DNA from: a bacterium
GTDB lineage: Bacteria > Patescibacteriota > Minisyncoccia > Moranbacterales > UBA2206
Assembly (NCBI GenBank): GCA_043725085.1
Contig: JAYSLY010000014.1
Location: forward strand, 2,748-66,747
Reading direction: 5' to 3'
DNA: 64,000 nt
How positions within the stretch are numbered: position 1 is the stretch's first letter; each line of letters opens with the position of its first letter. Both the position numbers and the translations under genes were made by a program. Of this stretch, positions 20,496-31,622 are shown in pieces. The notes beneath the pieces were generated by a model. The model searched no databases and was not told where the DNA came from. It was given only the letters and a program-made list of their open reading frames with translations.

Positions 20496-22763
20496 CTATT
20501 TAGCTTTATTAGCGAGAGCTCTCCCTCTTTGCTTTTTCCAGGCATAGCCCAAATATGCAATGCAGCAAAGAAGAGTTAGGCCTGAGACAACTACTCCGTA
20601 ATTAAAATATTTTGCCGGTTTGAAATATAATGTCAACTCCAAATCTATTGAGCCATCAGGATTTTCTTTGTAATCACTCTTAGGGAAGTTTTTTCGGATA
20701 TCTTGCGGATCAATTGTCCAGCCGTTGGCATAATCAAAGACCAAATCGTGCGATCCGCTGACAAATGTCCTGTCATCCGGCGTGAAATGCAATTCCCAGA
20801 GCTTATGATATGGATCCAAAAATACCAACTTTTCTTTTTCCGCCAGGTTGCTAATTTTAATTTGATACGCGGAGCTGGAAATTTTTTCATAGCTCACTTG
20901 AGAAAAATCATGCGGAACTTTTTCAATCGTATTTGTCAGGTATATTTTTTCATTATCAAATTGATCATTTATCCTATAGAGCGAATAACGCTTCCCAAAA
21001 TCACGCACTTTGTCACCCAAAACAACATCAAAAAGATCCTTTTGCTGAGCATTGTAGAGCACACTTTTATAGAAATAGCTTTGTTGCAAGTCCGGCGAGA
21101 TATCATTATTAACAATGATATATTTAACATTCATCCCCTGCATGAATTTGCCCACACTCGCGTAGTCCCTGTCTAAAATTAAGTTTTGCAAATAAACATT
21201 AAATTTTCCAAAGCTCATAAAGCCCGCAAAATCAGAAGTGTTTGCTAAAAACTGCAGCGGTGAAGTGCCGGCATAATAATGATTATCCAAATTCTTATCT
21301 TGAATCAATGTATAGCCCGCGCGGTTCATCGGCAACCAAAGATAGCGCGATGCTTCATGATTATTTTTTAGATAATCCAAAAGGTCATAGAAATCGGCAT
21401 TAAAATCTTTGATTGTATTGTGCGTATTTTTCGTTGTCCAAATCGGACTCTCATAGTAATCACCAAATATAAACGGCTTAGCGCCTAGGATTGTAATCAA
21501 AAAAATGCTAACCAGGACAATTTTCTTAATTAAAATTTTATCCAAATTCTCAAAAAATATCTTCAAACTGATCGCCAGCAAAAAAGCATAGCTAAAAGCA
21601 AGCGCCAAGCCAAACTTATCATGCATATTGCGAAACATCGAAAATCCCGGGATGTTGGTGTTGAGCCAAAGAAAAACCGACGTGCCCCAAGAACTGACAT
21701 GGGCAGTAAAAAAGAATAACCCGATCACCCAAGCTGCCAGAGATGCGATAAACAAACCACGCCTGTCTCGATTGGATTTACTGGCATAAAAAGCTCCCAA
21801 AAAAACAATTAGCAAAAAAATCAAATTCAAGGAAAAAAACTTAAGATTCCAATCTCGATAAATTCCATAATTCGCCCAATGAGAAGTTTCCTGAAGTTGC
21901 TTATGAAAAAGATTGAACATGGGATACATCAGCTGATTATGCCGAGAAACATCCATAATAATCCCATTATTATCCTCTCTAAATTGCGAGGAGGTTACGC
22001 TAGATATAGCATCTCCACTATTGTCGGAGCTAAACGGCGCATAAACAAAGTGGACCAGCCAATAAAAATTCACGAGTACCGCCAGGGATAAAAAAATGAC
22101 CACGGCTTTGGCAAATACTTTCTTATTCTTTAGAAATACATAAAAAACTAACGGGGATGTGGAAATAATCAAAGCCATTAGCCATGGGGTCGTCCACAAA
22201 ACAACGCTGAACAAAAAACTCACAATAGCGGCTGTGACCAAATAGATATAGTTTTTTTTCAAGACAGCCTTGATGAATAAATAAAATAACAAGGGAAAAA
22301 CAGAAACCAGATACACTGAAAAAAGCTGAAGACTCCAGACAGTGAAAAAAGAAAAGGTGGAAAATAAATAAAAAAGACCGGAAAATATTTTAATAAAAAA
22401 ACTATCCCAGTCATCATCCGTGATAAACAGGCCAAGAGAAAGATAGAAAAATAAAAAACCTCCGGCAAGATTGAGACCGAATAAGAGCGATTGGGTGTCT
22501 AAAAAATAAAATGCCCATTTTACCATTCCAATAAAAGTCAAAAATGGGATTGCAAATTGAATTGGGAAATATGACCCCAGCGAACCAGCCGAATTATCTG
22601 AAATAATGCTATTCCTGTAACTCGAAATTTGTTCAAAAGGAAATTGGTAGTATAGTTTTCCATCATCACCTCCAACACGAAAAAAACCATGATTCCAAAA
22701 AAATGGCACTAAAATAAGCAAAAATGCGCAAACTATCAGGATGAGGTTCTGTTTTTTTCGCAT
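20496..22763 (-). CDS. Large polytopic membrane protein (GT-C/AftD-like)
   Basis: GGDD early loop, ~11 TMs, FSMFRN..K, extracellular domain and C-terminal TM. Confidence 0.6.
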   Translation of the reverse strand: MRKKQNLILIVCAFLLILVPFFWNHGFFRVGGDDGKLYYQFPFEQISSYRNSIISDNSAGSLGSYFPIQFAIPFLTFIGMVKWAFYFLDTQSLLFGLNLAGGFLFFYLSLGLFITDDDWDSFFIKIFSGLFYLFSTFSFFTVWSLQLFSVYLVSVFPLLFYLFIKAVLKKNYIYLVTAAIVSFLFSVVLWTTPWLMALIISTSPLVFYVFLKNKKVFAKAVVIFLSLAVLVNFYWLVHFVYAPFSSDNSGDAISSVTSSQFREDNNGIIMDVSRHNQLMYPMFNLFHKQLQETSHWANYGIYRDWNLKFFSLNLIFLLIVFLGAFYASKSNRDRRGLFIASLAAWVIGLFFFTAHVSSWGTSVFLWLNTNIPGFSMFRNMHDKFGLALAFSYAFLLAISLKIFFENLDKILIKKIVLVSIFLITILGAKPFIFGDYYESPIWTTKNTHNTIKDFNADFYDLLDYLKNNHEASRYLWLPMNRAGYTLIQDKNLDNHYYAGTSPLQFLANTSDFAGFMSFGKFNVYLQNLILDRDYASVGKFMQGMNVKYIIVNNDISPDLQQSYFYKSVLYNAQQKDLFDVVLGDKVRDFGKRYSLYRINDQFDNEKIYLTNTIEKVPHDFSQVSYEKISSSAYQIKISNLAEKEKLVFLDPYHKLWELHFTPDDRTFVSGSHDLVFDYANGWTIDPQDIRKNFPKSDYKENPDGSIDLELTLYFKPAKYFNYGVVVSGLTLLCCIAYLGYAWKKQRGRALANKAK

Positions 22764-23042
22764 ATACCAAACTAATAATACCAGCTAACCCAGCAATCTA
22801 CAATTAAGTTAATGACCTGTTTTATTGTATCAAAATATCCCCAGCCTGTCACTTTCTGCGCCGAAACTAGTTAGCTTGACAAATATCCCACCAGCCCTCT
22901 ATGAAAAAAAAGGGGGTTATTTTTTCAGCGTTCAGAAATGAGCTTTTCTTTTATCATCCTGGTTACAGTTTTTTTGGCCCAATTACTACCATTTTGATCC
23001 CTGACTAATCCACAAATAGCATCAACAAGACGAATAAAAGCA

Positions 23043-24059
23043 TTATTTTCTTTTCTTTTTCTGCGCCCCTAGCACTTTTTTTATTTCACGATCAAAATCA
23101 GAAACATAATCCATATCTTGCTTCACATGATATTTTTCATATTCACCGAGCGCCAAACTTTCCGCCACTTCGTGACTAATTTTCCCTGCATTCATCAAGA
23201 TTTCATATTCGGTAAATTTAAGAAAAGCATTAAGTTTAGCCACCCAATCTTTCATTGTCATTGCCCTGCCTCGAATCGCTTGCATTTCAGCGTAGTCTAG
23301 GTACATATTCCCAATGCGATTTAAGTGCTCAAGCTCTTTTTTAGCAAGATAGTTTTTGGCAATTACCACGTCACTTGGCATAATTTTCCCCTTCGGAGAC
23401 CGTTGCCAAGAAGTCAGCCCCATTTTTTCTTTCTTGCTACTCACACGCTCTGTAATAATCTCCGCCGCCGTTTTTCCGGTAATAGCAAAATGCAGCTTAT
23501 TTTGGACTGTCGCAAAGAATTTTTTACTTTCATAAGCTTTAGGCGAGTAATCAATTGCCGTTGCATAAATATCGGTAATTTTTTGATAAATCCTTCGCTC
23601 ACTGGTGCGAATATCTTTTATTTCTTCATACAGATCTTCGAAATACCTAGCACTAAAGCGAGAACCATATTTCATCCTATCAATATCCAGTGCATAGCCT
23701 TTATGGATATAATTTTTCAAAATTCCAGTCGCCCACTTGCGAAATTGCGTGCCTCGCTCAGAATTTACCCGATAACCAACAGCAATAATCGCTTCGAGAG
23801 AATAAAATTTCGTCTTGTAGTTTTTCCCATCCCTAGCAGTTATTAAGAAATCCTTAATAACTGAACCTTCATCCAATTCCTTCTTCCTAAATACGCTTTT
23901 TAAGTGCATATTAACATTTGGCACCGTCGTATCAAAAAGCTCCGCCATACGTTTTTGTGGCAACCAAATATTTTCCTCAGAATATAGCACCTCAATGTTT
24001 ACTGAGCCTTCCGGTGTTTGATAAAAGGCGATCTGATCATCCGGCAATTTGTTTTTCAT
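23043..24059 (-). CDS. RhuM-family (virulence-associated, putative DNA-binding) protein
   Basis: WLPQKRMAELF, IIAVGYRVNS.RGTQFRKWAT, IRTSER; start placed at MKNK. Confidence 0.85.
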   Translation of the reverse strand: MKNKLPDDQIAFYQTPEGSVNIEVLYSEENIWLPQKRMAELFDTTVPNVNMHLKSVFRKKELDEGSVIKDFLITARDGKNYKTKFYSLEAIIAVGYRVNSERGTQFRKWATGILKNYIHKGYALDIDRMKYGSRFSARYFEDLYEEIKDIRTSERRIYQKITDIYATAIDYSPKAYESKKFFATVQNKLHFAITGKTAAEIITERVSSKKEKMGLTSWQRSPKGKIMPSDVVIAKNYLAKKELEHLNRIGNMYLDYAEMQAIRGRAMTMKDWVAKLNAFLKFTEYEILMNAGKISHEVAESLALGEYEKYHVKQDMDYVSDFDREIKKVLGAQKKKRK

Positions 24060-24097
24060 ATTTTTTCTTTTAGTCTTATCATACTGATATAATAACA

Positions 24098-26779
24098 CTA
24101 AACTATTTTCCGGTCAAGCTTTTTTTGTTTGCGCCTCTTTTTCCAGTCATAAACTAAATACCCAATGCACGCTAGCAATGTCGACAAAGATATCGCCAAG
24201 CCTATATAAAAAAGTCTCTGCGGCCAAAATTCCACCACCATTTCAAAATCATACGTCCCGTCGGGATTCCTAATACATTTAATATTGCCACCAGCACAAA
24301 CTTGATTTGTATCAATCACCCAAGAATTAGCATAGCCATTGGCTGTCAGATGATTGGCATTATTTTCAATCGGACGCCGAAACCAGGTCTCCCAAAAATG
24401 CCCGTTTGGCAAATTATCATTCTGAATTGTGCCTTGAAAATTTTTGGACACAAAGTCAATATTATATTTTTCCGCATAATCCAACTGCTCCTGCCCGCTT
24501 GCCCCGTGATCGTCAGCAGACGATTTTACGGGGTCGGCCCATTTTTTATGTTCGATCGTTTTTTCCTTTCCATCCCCCAGTGTCGTCACATAACCATTGT
24601 CAAGATCATTCTGCAATTCATCTTTTGTCGCCTGATCCTCCGCATTACCGTCTAATGTTTTATATTTGCTTAAGTTGTCATTCCCGCGTAGGCGGGAATC
24701 CACTCCTTGATTTACTAAATAGCTTTTCCATCCATCATGAAAACTTTCAGAAAATACTAGTGGGAAAACTCCGCTTGCACCATGCACCCGCACGCGATAT
24801 TTGGTCGGATTGATTTTTTTGAATTCCAAAGTTGGCGACACCACGCCACCTTTATCTACACAATTATTATTACCGGAATCACTGCTATTTTGATTATTAC
24901 TACTCTTTAATTTTTCCAGAACATTCTCTCGTCCAACATTTTGCCCTGCAAAGAATACTGCTGAACGAGTTTGCCAATCGGGGCTAGAAAGAATTTTTGG
25001 CAAGTCATCAATGGTTCTTTGTGAAATTATAGAATTTTGAGAAGTGTAAAAAAATGCAGCTTGCGAATTGTTTATCTTGTACACATTAAAGTAGCTGTTG
25101 TCTTCAATTTTTGTAATCAAATTGTTTTTTTCGTAATACTCAATCTTGCCCATTGTTTGTGCAACAAATTGATCTGCTACGTCTTTATGAAAAATAATAT
25201 ATTTAATACCCAGGAGATCAACAAAAGGAATAAGCCACCCGGAATTCTCTTCATTCTGCTCATTCCAGATCTTACCATAATTCCAGTTACCAAAAGCTTG
25301 TGGGGCATTCATTTGCACCACTGGTTGATTAAATAACTGGATAGTCGGATCAGATCCAATCGCTTTCCACTTGGGAAAATTAATCCAGCCGATAGAGTTA
25401 AGCACATTATAGGGGGCGCTAAAAAGTCTAAAGTCCAATCTTCTCATCGCCAATCTATTACTCAATGCATAATATTCGTCAGGAATTTTTACTATATAGG
25501 CGTACTCGCTTGATTTATAATCCTTACCAATATCGATACCCATATAATTAGTTAGCAGCTTACCCTGAAAAGCTGGATATAGCGGAACAGTGGTAAAAAA
25601 TAAAAACAAAACGCTAACAACATAACTAGTTTTTTTATTTTCAATACTCCCTAAAAACAGCAGGATTACAATGAGCATAAAAAATGGAAGAAAAATCAAA
25701 GTCTTGTCTAGACTTCGAATGGAAGAAAAAATCGGATTTCCGCCAAAAATTTCCATAACTGCCTCCTTACTTAAGATACCCTTGCCCTTGTTAATCAAAA
25801 AAATTGCAAAAAAAACCAAGCTAGCAAAAATAGCAACGATTTTAGTTTTTTCGTGTAAATGCTTTTTACGAATGGCAATGATAAAAAAAATAAAAAGAGT
25901 CATTCCGGGCAAAAGAGCAGCTATTGAATATATTTTCGTCATCCCCAAAATATCATCAGAAAAAAACCACAAACCCCTAAAGTCCAATGCCTGCCAGAAT
26001 ATCCATTCATCTAGATTAAAATAACCGCCGCCGCCAGAAAAATTACTAACCATATTGAGTAGCCCGGGTATCTGAGGAATAATAGCTATAAAGCTAGTTA
26101 AAAAGAAAAGACCATAAAAAATCAAAGCTTTTTTGAAAAATAAAACAAACTTTATAGTTTTTCTATGCAAAAACAACACCAGTAGCAAAAAGACGAACAA
26201 AAAGATGTTTAGGGATATAAAAAAAGCCGCATTACCGAAAGCAATATTTGCAACAAACAAAACTATGCCCAAAATCGACAAGTTCACATCAATCAGCTTG
26301 CTTTTTAAGAAATACTTATAAGTCAAAGCAAAAATTGGCGGAATAACTAAATAAAGAAAAGAGAATGGCGTAGGAGAAATAAATTTATTAAAAGTGTAAA
26401 TATTCAATGCATAAGTAAAGGAAAGCACATTGATAATAAATTCTTTTTTAGCAGAAAAAAAAGCTCTAGAAAATATTCTAAAAGATAAGAAGCTGCTCAA
26501 TAAAAAAAAGGCTGAATAAAAAATGAGAATGTGATTTACCCCTACTATTTCCTGAATAATCGCAAAAAAAATAAAATAAGGAAAATAGCTGAATAGAATA
26601 GAAAAACCGCCAAGTCCATAACTTGCCCAATTATATTTTAGAGTTTCCAGGACAAAAGAAAAATTTAGGATCTGAGCAAAATCGCCACTTAAAAAAATAT
26701 ACCCAGCTGGAATATTATTAGCAATGCTGATAGCAAAAATTGCAAACAAAAAAATATAGGTATTTTTCCGCAAAATCAT
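24098..26779 (-). CDS. Large polytopic membrane protein (GT-C/AftD-like)
   Basis: SGD early loop, many TMs, ESFHDGW, ANGYANSW; C-terminus resembles 20496..22763. Confidence 0.6.
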   Translation of the reverse strand: MILRKNTYIFLFAIFAISIANNIPAGYIFLSGDFAQILNFSFVLETLKYNWASYGLGGFSILFSYFPYFIFFAIIQEIVGVNHILIFYSAFFLLSSFLSFRIFSRAFFSAKKEFIINVLSFTYALNIYTFNKFISPTPFSFLYLVIPPIFALTYKYFLKSKLIDVNLSILGIVLFVANIAFGNAAFFISLNIFLFVFLLLVLFLHRKTIKFVLFFKKALIFYGLFFLTSFIAIIPQIPGLLNMVSNFSGGGGYFNLDEWIFWQALDFRGLWFFSDDILGMTKIYSIAALLPGMTLFIFFIIAIRKKHLHEKTKIVAIFASLVFFAIFLINKGKGILSKEAVMEIFGGNPIFSSIRSLDKTLIFLPFFMLIVILLFLGSIENKKTSYVVSVLFLFFTTVPLYPAFQGKLLTNYMGIDIGKDYKSSEYAYIVKIPDEYYALSNRLAMRRLDFRLFSAPYNVLNSIGWINFPKWKAIGSDPTIQLFNQPVVQMNAPQAFGNWNYGKIWNEQNEENSGWLIPFVDLLGIKYIIFHKDVADQFVAQTMGKIEYYEKNNLITKIEDNSYFNVYKINNSQAAFFYTSQNSIISQRTIDDLPKILSSPDWQTRSAVFFAGQNVGRENVLEKLKSSNNQNSSDSGNNNCVDKGGVVSPTLEFKKINPTKYRVRVHGASGVFPLVFSESFHDGWKSYLVNQGVDSRLRGNDNLSKYKTLDGNAEDQATKDELQNDLDNGYVTTLGDGKEKTIEHKKWADPVKSSADDHGASGQEQLDYAEKYNIDFVSKNFQGTIQNDNLPNGHFWETWFRRPIENNANHLTANGYANSWVIDTNQVCAGGNIKCIRNPDGTYDFEMVVEFWPQRLFYIGLAISLSTLLACIGYLVYDWKKRRKQKKLDRKIV
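24502..24533. repeat. In-frame palindromic element
   Basis: CCCCGT-g-ATCGTC-agca-GACGAT-ttt-ACGGGG; encodes DPVKSSADDHGA. Confidence 0.6.
24677..24702. repeat. dRS3-like ATTCCC-N8-GGGAAT palindrome in frame in a CDS
   Basis: GTCATTCCCGCGTAGGCGGGAATCCA; encodes DSRLRGND. Confidence 0.75.
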
Positions 26780-27534
26780 TATTTTCTACTTATTGAAATT
26801 AAAACCGGACGATTTTTTTTAGGGGACGCTCCTTGGGATATGAAAAAAATATACCAAACCAAATCGACTAATCGAGTGATCGCTGGCAACACAATCTTTT
26901 TTAGCACTTTCTTTAATAACTTGTTATCATTAGGCGCATAGGCAACTAATTCTTTTATCATAATATTTTTCGGTTTAAATCCTGCCAGAAGCAATATCTC
27001 TTGCATGGATTCTGGAGTATACAATATTTCGTGTGTTATATCGACATAGCGATCATGACTTCCGCTTATCGCGTTATTTCCATTGGGAATATTAATAATC
27101 AGCACTCCGTCTTTTTTCAATGAACTCTTTAATATTTTTAAGAAACTTATTATTTCTTCTTTTTTAATATGCTCGACAACATGATAAATTGTAATCACAT
27201 CAAAAAAATCATTCTTTCCTTTTAAATACTCCTCTGCTAAAACTTTTTCCACGTGGAAACCTTTTTTTTCGCAAAAAGCGATACACTCAGAAGAGATATC
27301 AATTCCCGTAAAATTTTTATAGCCTAATCGAGAGAAAGTGTATAGATTTTGGCCCAATCCGCACCCAATATCTAAAATTCGACTGTTTTTGTCCCTTGGC
27401 AGATGACTGCCAACATATTTCTTGTTCCAAAAATAAAGATTGGCATACTCCTTCTCGATATTCGCATTTCGATCTGATGAGGAGTAGACCACTGACATAT
27501 AATTTTCGAATATTTCTCTTTCCATAGTAATCAC
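26779..27534 (-). CDS. Class I SAM-dependent methyltransferase
   Basis: ILDIGCGLG, HVVEH. Confidence 0.88.
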   Translation of the reverse strand: MITMEREIFENYMSVVYSSSDRNANIEKEYANLYFWNKKYVGSHLPRDKNSRILDIGCGLGQNLYTFSRLGYKNFTGIDISSECIAFCEKKGFHVEKVLAEEYLKGKNDFFDVITIYHVVEHIKKEEIISFLKILKSSLKKDGVLIINIPNGNNAISGSHDRYVDITHEILYTPESMQEILLLAGFKPKNIMIKELVAYAPNDNKLLKKVLKKIVLPAITRLVDLVWYIFFISQGASPKKNRPVLISISRK

Positions 27535-27549
27535 GAGGTATTAAAAAAA

Positions 27550-28455
27550 TTAATTTATTTTGTGCAAGATCGAGTAGAAAATCAATCCCCTGTTCGGAAA
27601 TATCTTTTTTAGAAAATCGAGTTTTTTGCTTTTTTTCAAATAATTACACGTACCATATTCGAGAATTCCAAAATTGGGCAAACACTCTTTTCTAACTTTT
27701 TGAAAATCAATGCCGCCCCTAGCCACATGGATGTCAATAATTCCAAAAATTTCATCAAGTTTCAACTCATGCCCTATTACTCCCTCCTTTAACAATTGAT
27801 CATTTATTTTTTGGCAGATTTTCTTATACTCATTTTCTCCGGTCAACTTGCTAAATTTGTCATATAGGCCTAATTTCAAAACTAAGTCAAAACAAGCATC
27901 CTTCGGACTGATTATAAAGTTAATCATTTTAAGCAAGACAGATCTGCTGGCCTTATAGTTTGGCTCATGCGCAACCATCAAAATTCCATCCTTCTTCAAT
28001 AATCGATCAAATTCTCTTAGTACTTTTTTATAATCTGGCAGATGATGCAAAACAGAATTCACGGTTATGGCATCAACTGAGTTACTTGGAATTTCTGACA
28101 TAGTATCGGAATCTATTTTAATATACTCAAAATTAACCGTAAAAACTTGGGAAAATTTTTTCTTACAAATTTCTAGTTTTTCTCTTGAGATGTCAACTAG
28201 TTTCATTTCACTGCCATCAGCGAGATAATCTAGCATCACAGAAGGAACAAAACCGGTGCCAGCACTAAAATCCAAAACTACCATAGCGCCTTTGCCTGAA
28301 AAATATCTCTTTGACCATTCTTTCCAATTCATTGCTTCGTCAACGAAAATTTCATCATGAATATTATCATATTCATTGCCCTCAAGATCACTAAATAACT
28401 CGTTTACTCTTTTTACCAAATTAGCAGATACCTCTTTCTTTGCCATAATTTTCAT
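27550..28455 (-). CDS. Class I SAM-dependent methyltransferase
   Basis: VLDFSAGTG, SVLHHL, LLKKDG. Confidence 0.82.
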   Translation of the reverse strand: MKIMAKKEVSANLVKRVNELFSDLEGNEYDNIHDEIFVDEAMNWKEWSKRYFSGKGAMVVLDFSAGTGFVPSVMLDYLADGSEMKLVDISREKLEICKKKFSQVFTVNFEYIKIDSDTMSEIPSNSVDAITVNSVLHHLPDYKKVLREFDRLLKKDGILMVAHEPNYKASRSVLLKMINFIISPKDACFDLVLKLGLYDKFSKLTGENEYKKICQKINDQLLKEGVIGHELKLDEIFGIIDIHVARGGIDFQKVRKECLPNFGILEYGTCNYLKKSKKLDFLKKIFPNRGLIFYSILHKIN

Positions 28456-29584
28456 TTATAAGTTTAACATATTTCCCCGTAATTAATTCGGGACTGAAAC
28501 ATTTAGCGAAATATTCACGCTGAAGAGCTGTTTTTACTTTAGCCTCGGCATAATTTTCAATAATTGCGTCTATTTTTTCCATAAACTCATTCTCATCATT
28601 CTGACTCGTGACAACATTATCATAATCAGAAAATGTCCTAATATACTCCGCTACTCCACAATTCCTTGTTATAATCGTTGGCGTTCCAAGAGTAATGGAT
28701 TCTACTGCGGTATAGAGGAATGACTCAAACTGTGATGGCAGGATGACCAATTTTGCATTCTTAATAATGGGATGAAGTCTTCCTTTTTCTCCAATATAGC
28801 CCAAGAAAATTACCCTATCATTCCCCTCGAAGAACCCAGACATGCCTTCGCAATCTCTTCCAACAATTACAAAGAGTGCTTCTGGATATCCAATCATTAT
28901 TCGCTCTATTATTCTTTTCAGGATAGCGCTACCTTTCTTTTTCTGCAAACTCCCATAGAAAAGAAAATAATCCTTTCCCACCAACTTCTCTGGCAAAATA
29001 CCACACTTAGTCTCATGCTTTTCTAATGTTATTGGAAGAGGAAGGATGCTCATTCTGGAAAAATCAATATTCCAGAGAAAGAATGAATATACCCCCATCA
29101 AAGAAGAGTTTGCAATAATCAACCTAGCTCTTTTTACAATAAACTTCTCAAATAAATTCAAAACAGTTCTGAAGATAAGATATTTTAGACTATTTTTTCT
29201 TTCCAAAGAATAAACTTCATGGCTTGTGCCATGCAGTCGAGCAATATATTTGTATTTTTTTCCTAAAATCATTTTAGCAAAAACCGCATAACCGCCAAAA
29301 ATTTCATCTTCTATTAAATCATATTTTCTATAGTTTCTCAGCAGCCACCAGGAAATAGCCCAATAGACCCCAAGAGGATTATGGCGATTGGCCTTCACAC
29401 GTATCACTTCAATATCCTCCTCTCGAGTCCTTTTGCTTTTCTCGAAAGAAACACTCAAAACAGAAACTTCCATAACTTGATTATGACGCTTTATGGCCTT
29501 CGCCATTTCGTACACGTAAGTTCCGATCCCGCCCGCCCCTGTTTCGGGTGGATATTCAGGGGAAATAAAGAGAATATTTTTCAT
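28421..29584 (-). CDS. Glycosyltransferase family 4
   Basis: EYPPETGAGGIG, KKG, PSQFESF. Confidence 0.85.
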   Translation of the reverse strand: MKNILFISPEYPPETGAGGIGTYVYEMAKAIKRHNQVMEVSVLSVSFEKSKRTREEDIEVIRVKANRHNPLGVYWAISWWLLRNYRKYDLIEDEIFGGYAVFAKMILGKKYKYIARLHGTSHEVYSLERKNSLKYLIFRTVLNLFEKFIVKRARLIIANSSLMGVYSFFLWNIDFSRMSILPLPITLEKHETKCGILPEKLVGKDYFLFYGSLQKKKGSAILKRIIERIMIGYPEALFVIVGRDCEGMSGFFEGNDRVIFLGYIGEKGRLHPIIKNAKLVILPSQFESFLYTAVESITLGTPTIITRNCGVAEYIRTFSDYDNVVTSQNDENEFMEKIDAIIENYAEAKVKTALQREYFAKCFSPELITGKYVKLINENYGKERGIC

Positions 29585-29589
29585 AGCTA

Positions 29590-31071
29590 TTATTTTCTAT
29601 TAACTACAAAATTCCACGCGTATTTTTCAATTGGAAATCTGTAAATATTATTCCTCAAAACAAACCCGAGCCACTTATTAGCAATTTTTCTGATATTTCG
29701 AGAAACTACCCCGAGATTGCCACGAAGGTTCATGGTGCCGATATAAAGATAGAGAAAAAGATTAAGTGTGTCGACATACTCCGGATTCTCCAGCCAAGGC
29801 ATTTCTTTTGTCTTGCACATATTGCCGATTGTATCATCAGAAAGTTCCGCAATCCATTCCTCATTGCTTGTCGGAATCTTGAATCCATATTCTTTTGCAT
29901 CCTCAATCAATGGCGATCCAGGGTAGGGACGATAAAGTTGCGGACCAAAAATTTTAGCATTAGGATTTTCATCAAGAAGTCTTATAATAAAATCTTTTGT
30001 CTTCAAAATCTCTGCGTAAGTTTCACCAGGTATTCCAATAATGAAAGACAAACCGATTTTAATCCCGGCTTCTTTGCACATTCGATTAGCTTTTTCAATT
30101 TCAGCAACGGTAATATTTTTGTTTAATAAATTCAGAACTCTTTGACTGCCACTTTCTGCGCCAAGATCCAGCTCAATGCAGCCCTCTTCTTTTAAGATCT
30201 TCAGAAACTCCATATCCACAACTGTTTCAAAGAGATTAGCTCTGATATTTGCAAACCAATAAAATTTCAGGTTTTTTTCTTTTTTCATTCGAATAAACTC
30301 CCGCACTCTTTGAATGGATCCAAAGAAAAATTCATCCCCAATATTAAAGTATCTAATATCATATTTTTGGATAAGTGCCTCAATCTGAGAAACAAACTCG
30401 CCCATATCCATCGCCCGCCACGTTCTGTTTTCTGCAACATTGATACAGAAACGGCATTTATACGGACAGCCAACCGAGGAAATAACATCGGCAAAACGGA
30501 CAAGCTGACTCCCATTTAAACTATTTCGTCGGTAGCCGTCAATATTTAGAAGATTGTACGGAAAAGACTTTAAGGAATACGTTTTTGATTTAACCTCCGG
30601 ATTAATTCTTACCCGTTCTCCGTCATGAAAGCAAATTCCATCGACATTCTTCCAATCCCTACCATCCGTAATTCGCTCAAATATTTCGGCTACGGTTTCA
30701 TGCCCTTCTCCGAGAACTCCAGCATCGACTTGAAAAATTTTTGCAATTTGCTCTGGAAATAGAGTAACATGGGAACCACCCCAAATAATTAGACTATTTG
30801 GAGAATTTTTTTTTATCTGCTCACTAATCATAATTGCTCTCTGAAGGTTATGAGTCATCACCGAAAGACCCACCATTTTTGGTTTGAAATTTTGGAAATA
30901 TTTACCTATTTGATTTAGGAAATCTCCATCAACTGCTTCATCATAAATATCCACAGTAACATTGCGAGCAACAAGGCTTCCAGCAACAGCTAAAATCCCC
31001 AGCGGCATAACGGCATTACCACTCCCTGGGACAACATTGCTGATATTTATCAATAAACATGTATTAGTCAT
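29590..31071 (-). CDS. Cobalamin-binding radical SAM protein
   Basis: PLG..., GGSHVT, GEG B12 domain; CPYKCRFC; GAESGS. Confidence 0.9.
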   Translation of the reverse strand: MTNTCLLINISNVVPGSGNAVMPLGILAVAGSLVARNVTVDIYDEAVDGDFLNQIGKYFQNFKPKMVGLSVMTHNLQRAIMISEQIKKNSPNSLIIWGGSHVTLFPEQIAKIFQVDAGVLGEGHETVAEIFERITDGRDWKNVDGICFHDGERVRINPEVKSKTYSLKSFPYNLLNIDGYRRNSLNGSQLVRFADVISSVGCPYKCRFCINVAENRTWRAMDMGEFVSQIEALIQKYDIRYFNIGDEFFFGSIQRVREFIRMKKEKNLKFYWFANIRANLFETVVDMEFLKILKEEGCIELDLGAESGSQRVLNLLNKNITVAEIEKANRMCKEAGIKIGLSFIIGIPGETYAEILKTKDFIIRLLDENPNAKIFGPQLYRPYPGSPLIEDAKEYGFKIPTSNEEWIAELSDDTIGNMCKTKEMPWLENPEYVDTLNLFLYLYIGTMNLRGNLGVVSRNIRKIANKWLGFVLRNNIYRFPIEKYAWNFVVNRK

Positions 31072-31085
31072 ACTCTTTTAACTTT

Positions 31086-31622
31086 TTACGTTGTTGATTC
31101 TGCTAATTTTTGTTTTTTAGAAAAATAGCTGGTCACAAACTCAAAAAAACCAAAAATAATAACTGAGTAAACCAAATCGCCAGCGATAGTGTTTCTAAAG
31201 AATGGGATTGCCATCATAAAACACGTCTCCAGTCCAGCGAGTGTTTTAGGATACCAGGAAGTAAAAATCCAAACCGATGCATTAGTAAACAGAAAGAAAA
31301 TTACCGAGCTAATAATGGACACAACGATCAAGATATACCACCTTTTATGATTTGAATAGACTCGTCCCAATAAAAAGGTCGCCAAAAAACACAAATACAC
31401 AAAAAACATTAATTTTATATCATAAAGTCCAATAAATAAATCACTAATAAATAATGCCAAAAATGGGACAATAAGCCAGCGATATTTCTTCATATAGCAC
31501 CCAGAAAATAATGCCATAGCAGTAATAGGAGTAAAATTAAGTGGGTGCTTTATCAATCTAGCGCTGGCCAAAAGCAAAATAACACCAATGATTATTATCC
31601 TGTCTAAATATTTCTTACTCAT
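31086..31622 (-). CDS. DUF6580-like putative transporter (S-component-like membrane protein)
   Basis: HPLNFTPITAMALFSG, SD, FFLFTN, AIPFFRNTIAGD; ~6 TMs. Confidence 0.65.
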   Translation of the reverse strand: MSKKYLDRIIIIGVILLLASARLIKHPLNFTPITAMALFSGCYMKKYRWLIVPFLALFISDLFIGLYDIKLMFFVYLCFLATFLLGRVYSNHKRWYILIVVSIISSVIFFLFTNASVWIFTSWYPKTLAGLETCFMMAIPFFRNTIAGDLVYSVIIFGFFEFVTSYFSKKQKLAESTT

